Assembly (NCBI RefSeq): GCF_006345805.1
Contig: NC_043026.1
Span: 2,914,001-2,978,000 of the forward strand
Source: Octopus sinensis
Taxonomy: Eukaryota
Direction: 5' to 3'
Length of the DNA: 64,000 nucleotides
Of this stretch, positions 55,264 to 64,000 are shown one piece after another; within the stretch, counting starts at the first letter, position 1; each line of letters begins with the position of its first letter. The notes under the pieces are model-generated. The model was not told the origin of the DNA. It made no database searches and was given only the letters and a program-made list of their open reading frames with translations. The position numbers and the translations under genes are program-made.

Positions 55264-58200
55264 TTGGTGGGAGATCAGAATAGAAAGATTCTTGCTGATC
55301 GATTGAGAGGATGATCGGGAAGGAGGCTGTCTTGTCATTGGCCGCAGGTACACGCTGATCATCGGAGCAATTGGGATTTTCAATCCGGAATAGCGGTGTA
55401 TTCGCGTGATTCCTATTTAAGTCTGAGATTCCGTAACTTGCATTTGTCGACTTTCCACTTGAATCTTGAGCGAGGTTCTTTACATTCGTCCGATTTCCAT
55501 CCGCATCCATGGTTTTGCAATTTCTATTCGTTCTGTTCGATATCTCTCCTATTAAGCCACCGTCGTTAGCATCGTCGAGAACAGAGAGAGTATTACTGCG
55601 GCAACTACGAACGTCATTCGAACTCTTTTTCACAGCATCATTACTGCTCTGTGAGCAATTTATGGCATCACTGCATCCAGGTGGATTAGCCACGGGCTGG
55701 CAAACAGGACTTATTGTAGGTAAAGAGCTGTTTCTGCTCTTGTCGGATTTCACATACTCTCCTTCCTTTTGACCTCCTCGGGCCTCCTTGTTTGCCTGGG
55801 TTTTAGGAGAAAATCGATCATCTCTGGCCACATCTTCCTCAATGAGGTTATAATCTGAGACAACATCAGTGCAGCCATGAGAGTTGTGAATCAGTGAATT
55901 GCTTGTGTAAGGAAAGTCTGTCCTCTTGCTTGTTGCAGCATTGCACAGAAATGGGACCTTCGTGGGATTATGCTTAGGTTGCGCTTCACCTAAATAATTG
56001 TTGCTGTTGTCGATTTTCTTAGATATTTCTTGATCCTTATCTTCATATTCCGAATTTCCGTAATTTCTATTCGTTAAATTTCCATTTACGTCTGAGTTTC
56101 CGTAATTTGGGTTAGTTCCGTTTGAGAACTTTCTTGGTGAATTATCTTCCGCATTGTTAAGAAAAGGGATAGCCCTGCCAGAATTTCGACTGACATTCGA
56201 ACGTCCAACGACGATATCACTGCTGCTGTTGTTGCTTAAGCTAGCCTCCTGTGACTTATGTACTGTGGTATGCGAATCCAGAGTTGAATTATCAACGGGC
56301 TGACATCTTAACTCTAGTTTTGCTAAAGAACTGTTGCTATTGAACGTTTTCACGTATTCTACTTCCACTTCCTTTTCCCTTTCATCTTCATCGCCAGGCA
56401 TGGTTTTCAGATAAAATCGATCATCTCTAGTTGCATTTTTAATGACGAGGCCAGTATCTGAGACAACGTCTCTGCAACCGTTGAAGCTATTCACCTTTGA
56501 GCTGTTTACCTCAGACAAGTTTGCTTTCGCGTTTCCTGTAATATTGCATGGAAATGGAACCTCTCTTGGATGGCGCTCCGGTTCCGTTTCAACTAAATCA
56601 TTGTTGCTTTTGTGGATTTTCATTGACATTTCTTCTCCTTCCTTATCTCCGTTTTCTAATTTTCCGTGATATAAATTCACTCTATCCCCGCTTATATCTG
56701 AGTAAACGTAATTCGAATTTCTAGAATGTTCCCTTACGTCTGCGTTTCCCGGTTGATCTCCACTTACGTGCATATTTTCACAATATTCACTCGTTCTTTT
56801 TCCATTTACATTCCAGTTTCCACAACTGGCGTCCACCCGATTTTCTTCTGCCTCTAATTTCCCGCAGATGGAATTCGTCCGCTTCCCAATGTCGTTTGAC
56901 TTACCGCAATTGGATGTAATTCGATTTACATCCAAGTTTCCGTTAGTTGCATTCATCCTGTTTGAGCTTTGATTTGTTTCGTCATCTTGTGCCCTGATGA
57001 GAGCAGGGACATTATTGCAAAAAGAGTAAACGTTATTTGAACCCCCTTCGACACGGTCATTACTGATCTGATTTAAGACATTCGTCTGCAAGCTGCTTAT
57101 GGCATCACTGCAAATAAGTGGAATACCAACTGGTTGACATAGGGAACCAAGATTTGCTAAAGAGCTGCGGCAGTTATCAGTTTCCGTATGTCCTCCTTCT
57201 TTTCGGCTTATTCGGGCTTCCTTGTCTTCCTGGGTTTGGGGATAAAATCGATCATTGGTGACGTCACTATTGGTGTCACCATTAAATCTATCCATCTGTG
57301 AATTGCTTCTGTAAGAGATGTTGGCTCTGTCGCTGGCTGCATTATTTCCGTAATGACCTTCAATGGTGTGACGGTCTGTTTCTATTTCACCGTTGCCTTT
57401 GAGGATTTTCCTTACTAGTTTCCCTTCTCCTTCCTTATCTCCTTTTTCTGGGGTTTTGTCGTCTGCTTTTGTCTGACTCCCGTTCGCTTCTGATTTTTTG
57501 CATTTTGAATTTACCGAGTTTCCATCATTTGTGTTATTCCAATTTCCACATACGTCTGCGTTCGTCGGGTTTCGACAAACGCCTGAATCTCCATATTTTG
57601 AGTTTATCCTCGATGAACAATGCCCTGATTCGTTCTCCTTTTCTTCTACATTGCCGACTGCATGGACATTATTGCAGAAATTAAGGACATCATTCGCAAA
57701 CGTTTGGACAAAACCGTTTCTGCCACAGTTCATGATATTCGTCTGTAAGCCGTGTATGCTAACATCTCTGTCTCTGGATAGACTTACAACGGACTGACAC
57801 TTCCACTCTGCTTTTCTTCTCTTATTGTTTTTCTCGTGCTCTTCGACCTTCTGTCTTCTTTGCTTCTCCTCGTCGTTTCTGACAACATTTTTATTGGTGC
57901 AACTACAGCCATTAACAATCTTTGTCTGTGAACTGCTTGTGTGAGAAAAGTTTGCATTCCCGTTGCATTCATTGCACATTAACGAAACTTCAACCAGATG
58001 ACGCTTCCGTTCTGTTTCAACTAAATTTTTCGTACTTTTGTGAATTTTATTAGATTTTTCTTTTTCCTCATCGTTGCCGTCTTCCGTGATGCTGAGCTTT
58101 TCCTTCGTTAGTTTTCCACTTAATTCTGAGATTCTATAACTTGTGTTCATCTGATTTGTAGTTACGTTTAACTCATTGAAATTTGCGTCGACCAGTTTGC

Positions 58201-61200
58201 CACTTTCTTTCGATTTCCCACAATTTTCTTCTGTTGTTGGAATTTTAGTGATGTCTGACTTTCCACAGTTTTTGTTTGTCAAATTTCCATTTACACCTGA
58301 TGTTCCGTAATTAGCATTCATTCGATTTCCACATACATTTGGGTTGTTGGGATTTTCTTTCGTCGGATTTTGACTTGCGTGCGGATTTCCATAATCTGAG
58401 TTCGTACGCTTTAAGGATTGGACTTTTTCTTTGAACTCTTCTACATTTTTGAGGATAGGGACGTCATTGCAGAAATTGTGAACCTCACCTGAACACGCTT
58501 CGACAATATCATTTCTGTTCTGGTTAAGGATATTCGCCTGTGATCTACATGTGACACCTTTACACGAGTCTGCTGGTTCTAAACGTATGCTGCTGTTATC
58601 GACTTCCACACACTCCTCCCCTTCAGTTTTGCTTCTTCGATCCTCCTCGCCAGCCAGGATTGTAGGGTGAAATCGATCGTTTCTTGTCACATCTTCGTGG
58701 GTGGGACCATAATCTGAGACAGCGTTAGTGCCGTCGTTAAAGACGACCATCTGTGAACTGCTTGTGTGAGAAACGCTTGTTCTTTCAATGGTTGCATCAC
58801 TACACGTCAACAGAACGACATCACGATGACATTCCATTCCAACTAAACTTTTCTTTCTATCGTCGACTTCCAAAGATTCTTGTCCTTGTTGGTCGTCTTC
58901 TTCTTCTTCTTCTTCTTCTTCTTCTTCTTCTTCTTCTTCTTCTTCTTCTTCTTCTTCTTCTTCTTCTTTTCCTTCAGGTTTATTGTAGCTTGTTTTCATT
59001 CGAGTTCCGTTCAAGTTTGAGTCTCCGTTTTGTTGTTGGCCGCTTACATCCAAGTTTCCGTAATTGGTGATCGTTTGTTCTCCACTTACGTACAAATTTC
59101 CGTGATTGACTCTCATCGTTTGTTCTCCACTTACGTACAAATTTCCGTGATTGACTCTCATTGTTTGTTCTCCACTTACGTCAGAATTTCTGTTATTCAC
59201 GTTGGTGCTCATTAAGGATTCGGCTCTTTCATAATCCTCATCTGAATTGGTGAAGACAGCTCTATCATTGTAAAAACTGTTAGCGTTATTCGAGCATGTT
59301 TTACCAGCGTCACTTCTACTGTGTTCCAGGACATCTCTGCTTTTAAGTGAATCAACAACGGATTGACTAATAAACTGTGATTTTGCTAAATAGCAGTCAT
59401 TGCTTTCCACACTCCCTGCTTTCTTTTCATTCCTCCTCTTCTCATCTACTTGGATTTTAAGATAAAATTCATCATTTCTGAGTACATCTTTATTGGTGTG
59501 TTCATCGTCTAATTCAGCCTCACAACAACCCTTAAGATTATTCATCTTGGAACAGCTTCTGTGATAAACATTTTCTTTCTCGCTGGCTGCAGGATAGTAC
59601 AGAAATGGAACTTCAGTGGGTTGGCATCTAGGGTCCGTTTCAGCTAAACCACTCGTGCTGTTGTCGGGTTTCATAGATTCATCTTCTTCTTTTTCCCTCT
59701 CTTCCTCTGCCTTCTCCTTTTTGTGATTCGTGTTCGTCTGATTTCCGCAAACTTCTGAGTTCCTGCAATTTTCATTCAAACAATTATCACTTATATGCAA
59801 ATTTACATAATTCGAATTCATTAAGTTTCCACGAACATTCGTGTTTGTCCACTTTCCCTTTACGTCTGTCTTACTGCGATTGGCGTTCATTGGATCTTCA
59901 CTTTCATCTGAATTTCCCCTCCTGGAATTCGTCTGCATTCCATCAGGGTTACTGTAATCTTCGTCAGTTGCATTTCGTTTAACGCTTAAAGTCCTATAAT
60001 TTGTGTTCATGTTTGTAGAGTGGCTCGCTTCGTTATCCCCTTCTTCTGCATTGTCGTCAACAGGAACATTATTACGAACGTTTTTCGAACACACTTCAAC
60101 AATATCACTTCTGTTGTAGTTAAGGACATTTACCTGTGAATTATATATGACGGCATCTCTGTCATTAGGTGGAATAACAATGGGTTGACACCTCAACCCT
60201 AGTTTTGCTGAACAATTGTTATTGCTTTCCACGTACTTCTCTTTGTTTTCACTTTTTCGGTTTTCCTCGTCAACCTGGATTTGGGGATAAAATCGATCAG
60301 TTCTGATTACATCTTTATTGTTTTTACTATAGTCTGAGACGTCACTGCAGCCGTTGAAGATACTCGTCTGTGAACTACTTGTATAAGGAAGGCTTATCTT
60401 CTTGTTGGCTGCATCATCGCAATAAGATAGAACTTCAATGGGTTGGCATGTTGGTTCTGTTTCAGTTAAACTACTTTTACTTTTGTATGATACTTCTTGT
60501 TTGTTATCGCTTTTACCTGAGTTTCCGTAATTTGTGTTTGGCCGATTCTCACCTACATCTGAATTACTGTTACATGCGCCCATCAGATTTCGACTTACGT
60601 CCAAGTTTTTATAATCAGAGTTCATATTCTTTGAGGATTGACCTGTTATTTTAACCTCCTCTTCTTCATTGACGAGAACACACGCATTATTGCAGAAATT
60701 GCGAAAATCATTCGAGCACGTTTCGACAATATTTTTTTGGCTACGGTTTAGAGTATTCGTCTCTGAGCTACGTTTGATGGTATTTTCGCATTCGGGAAGA
60801 ATATTAATGGGCTGACAAATAGGTGTTGGTTTTGCTAAACAAATGTTATTGCTTTCTACTTGCTCTTCTATTGTTTCACTTATTTGGTTCTCCCCGACAT
60901 CCAGGATATTAGGATAAAATCGACCATTTCTTGCCTCACCTTTTTTCGTGGGGCTATAATCTGGCAAAAGGTCACTGCAGTCGTTAAATAAATCCATCTG
61001 TGAATTGCTTGCATGAAGGAAGTTTGCTGTTTCACTAGTAAGGCTATTGCAATAAGATGGCTCGCTGATGGGCTCATGCTTTGGTTCTGTTTCTGCTAAA
61101 ACATTGTTGCTTGTATGGGGTTTTGTAGATTCTCCTCCTCCCCCTCCTCTTCTTCCTTCTTCTTCTTCTTCTTCTTCTTCTTCTTCTTCTTCTTCAATTT

Positions 61201-64000
61201 GGTTTTCCTCTGTCTGAGTTTTAAAATGAAAGGTCTCGTTCTGCGAGGCTGAATTCATGCAATCAAAGTCATCGAAGATGTAGCTACTACTATTACTCTG
61301 GCTGTAGCTGTCCCCCTCCCTCTGTGAACCGTACATCTGACAATCGTCCCTTCCCACACTTACTACAGCCGCTGCAGTATAGTAAGACGGGACGATGGCA
61401 TCAGAATAATTCTTTTCTCCAACGGTCACAGCTAATAAATCATCGTCGCTGTTTCTGAAGTAGTTTCTCTTATCCAACTTCAGACTACAAACACCAGAAT
61501 GATTAACACTGTCTCTAGATTCTGCGTTGAGAGACAGAGTATCAACGAGGTCACACTTTTCTTCGGTTTCTTCTACATTATTACATTCATCAGCATCTTC
61601 ATTATTATTGTTGCTGTTGCTTTTAACCGATTCTTCTTCCTTTTCTTCGCTTCTGTCTTCTTTCTCGATTTCGCTTTTAGATTTATATCTATCTTTCGAG
61701 GGAATACTTTCATTATTCTTGCAGCCGAGGTTTGTACATCTTCCGTTTTCCATATCTTTATTATCCCATGTTTCATACAAGGGGTTGATAACTTTACATG
61801 CATCTCCCCATGTAAGCGTGTTATCGGTATATTGGTTATGACGAATAGTTTTATTTTTGATATCTTTACCATCCTGTGATCCATATAATGTAGTGGCATC
61901 ATTATATACATCATTATATACATCCTCTCTATGATACTTCTCATCGACATTTAGTAAGTTATTATCATTAATACATTTTTCACTTGCATCAGTTTCGTCA
62001 GTGTCTCGCTGAACAACCTTCACGATTCTGCCCTCGCTGTGAGGGGTTTTCTCTTCGGGGAGCTTCTTCATGCTACGATTGTCCCCTGTAATAACAGTAT
62101 TTCTTGTAACAGCAACAGGGTCCCAGTTGGGGATAGTTCGATAGTCCCTCGGGTTTGAGTTCAGGGAGGAGTTGTCGACTTGATTCGGAAATCTCTGCGT
62201 TTTTTCTGTAGTAGAAAATCTTGGCAGACTACATTGCGTTTCACTTTTGCCAGTCTTAACTGTGGACCGGTCAGTGTTTGTATTTATGATTGTATTTGTA
62301 TCTAGATCTGTGGTTGTGTGTGCATATGCTTTTGTGCATGCGGATGTAGATGTATCTTTGTTTGTGTTTGCTACGAGCTGAGGATTTTTTACTAATATAT
62401 TACCGATGTTTTCTGGTCTGCCTAAAGACTCTTCGGTTATTTTTTCTGAAGAGTCTGTTATTCCTGGATAGGTTGGTCGGTCATCCAAAATATTCAGGTT
62501 TTTAAATACTGGCTTGCTGTTTCCTTTCATGTCGTCTGTTGAACTGCAACCCGAGGCATTGTCCCAACGAACAATAGACTGAGGAAGCGAAGGCAGCGTA
62601 GCAACACAGTTAACGACACTGGCGCTCTGAGGAGGAGAGGTTCGAGGGCGAAATACAGATAAGTGGTTGAGACCCGGATGCTGTGAGGGTTTTACAATGT
62701 TGCACAATTGAGATTGGTGTTGTGTTTCTGGTGTAAAACTTCTGCATGTCTCATTACTAGTCCCGTGACTCAACACAAACGTCTCTTTGTAAGCTTCCAA
62801 TTTATTTACTACAATGAGGTCGTCGTGTTGGTGCTTGTGATCGCGTTCATTTTTCTGGTGGCCTTCATAAGAAACTTGCAGCACATTATCTGGAAGATCA
62901 GGGGTGGGAGTAGTGATATCGGTTTCACTTAAATGACACTTTCTCTGGAGCGTATCGACAGATGGTGAATATCTGTTGCTATAGTAATGGTGTGATTTGA
63001 GCGAACTGTCGTAAGTATTTTCATCATCACTACTCACAGTAATGCAAGATGAGTATGAATTTTGATAACCACACGCCTCGGCGTTACCTTCACTAAATGG
63101 CAGCTCACAAACTTCGTCCAAGTCGAGTTTAGAACCATCACAAGACTCGTGATCGAATCTGTTCTGGTTAGGTGTATTCTTCTTCGGTGAATCTTGCAAT
63201 TCCCTGTCTTTAGATCGATGAGTAACACTTGGCTGGTGTAGGAGCCTGTTACAATCTAAATCCTCGCAGGGTTTAACGTGACTTTGAAATATCTTAAACG
63301 GTGAGTTCAAAGTGGATGTAGGGGCATCGTCCCTATCATCCAAACTGCTTGTGACAAAACACGGAGCAAATTTTTGGAGCTGAGAATCTGGTGCCATTAT
63401 TTCGATTGAGTCCGGGCTTTTACCCTTGCACGTTTCAGAGTCATCCGATGAGTTCGGAATGTTAAAATCAACCCTGTTTGTCAGATTTGTAGAACCACAA
63501 GAAGAAAGGTCCCAAATATGTGGGATAGGTTCGTGAATAAAGTCAACGGCTGTCGGGGTATAATTAGGGTTCTGGCTTCTATTCTCCTCTTCTTCCTCCT
63601 CCCTATCAACAAGGTCCTCGTCACTATTCTGCCAAATGCTTTCTTGTGACTTGTAAAGACCCAAACAATCACGCAAGGCATTGTTGGTGTTAATTTTGTC
63701 ATCGATTTGACCCGATATCTGCCATTTGGCCCCGTCGGTCTGTGTCAGAAATTCCTTCGACATATACTGCTGGCTGCTGCAGTAAATTTCAGCGTCCCTC
63801 TGCGTTTCTGAGTATTTGCCTTTAGGAATAGTTTGCAGCATCCGACCGAGGTTGCTAGGATCCGCAAGTAAATCGTCATCGTTACCAAGTTCTGCAATCT
63901 CACCGTCGCTGTCGGCATCATTCACATTGTCCCAGTTGTCTTTTGTGTCTTGAAGACTTCTCTCAGTCGACGACGGCTTCATTATCTCAATTAGCAAATT
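55264..64000 (-). CDS. Giant coding exon (at least 8737 nt) of a RAD51AP2-like, repeat-rich, largely disordered protein; 5' end at or beyond the window edge
   Basis: Uninterrupted frame of more than 2900 codons, rich in N/S/E/D/K, with no TE domains. Canonical donor CCAA|GTAAGT at 55264/55263 (phase 1). The frame is still open at 64000; the first in-frame ATG is at 63982. Confidence 0.88.

Noticed and set aside
55264-64000. Calling the giant ORF BRCA2 or a transposon polyprotein
   Set aside because: No canonical BRC (FxTASGK...LF) repeats, OB folds, RT, integrase or transposase motifs are visible.

Overview
Eukaryotic genomic DNA, very probably a cephalopod (Octopus). That assignment is inferred from the dense (CA)n/(TA)n/(CATA)n/(AAT)n microsatellites, tRNA-derived SINEs and RTE LINEs. 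The window holds two convergent spliced genes separated by about 24 kb of repeats and a 100-N assembly gap. On the + strand are the last seven coding exons of GCN1 (1006-16868). On the - strand is a gene with one giant coding exon (at least 8.7 kb, 55264 to beyond 64000) carrying eight diverged repeats of about 200-280 aa. It splices in frame to a 90-nt exon (46323-46412) and a terminal exon (40836-40954) that is absent from the ORF track. That last exon encodes LRIGLSKRQKIPALHPY, which matches the RAD51-interacting C-terminal motif of RAD51AP1/RAD51AP2. This roughly 3000-aa RAD51AP2-like protein is the main discovery candidate. The rest is transposon material: two long RTE LINEs with an internal PHD-like finger, a Penelope-like GIY-YIG fragment flanked by inverted hammerhead-ribozyme motifs, mariner relics, SINEs, fold-back palindromes and a 1.9-kb tandem duplication. 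Most ORFs in the supplied track are microsatellite translations.
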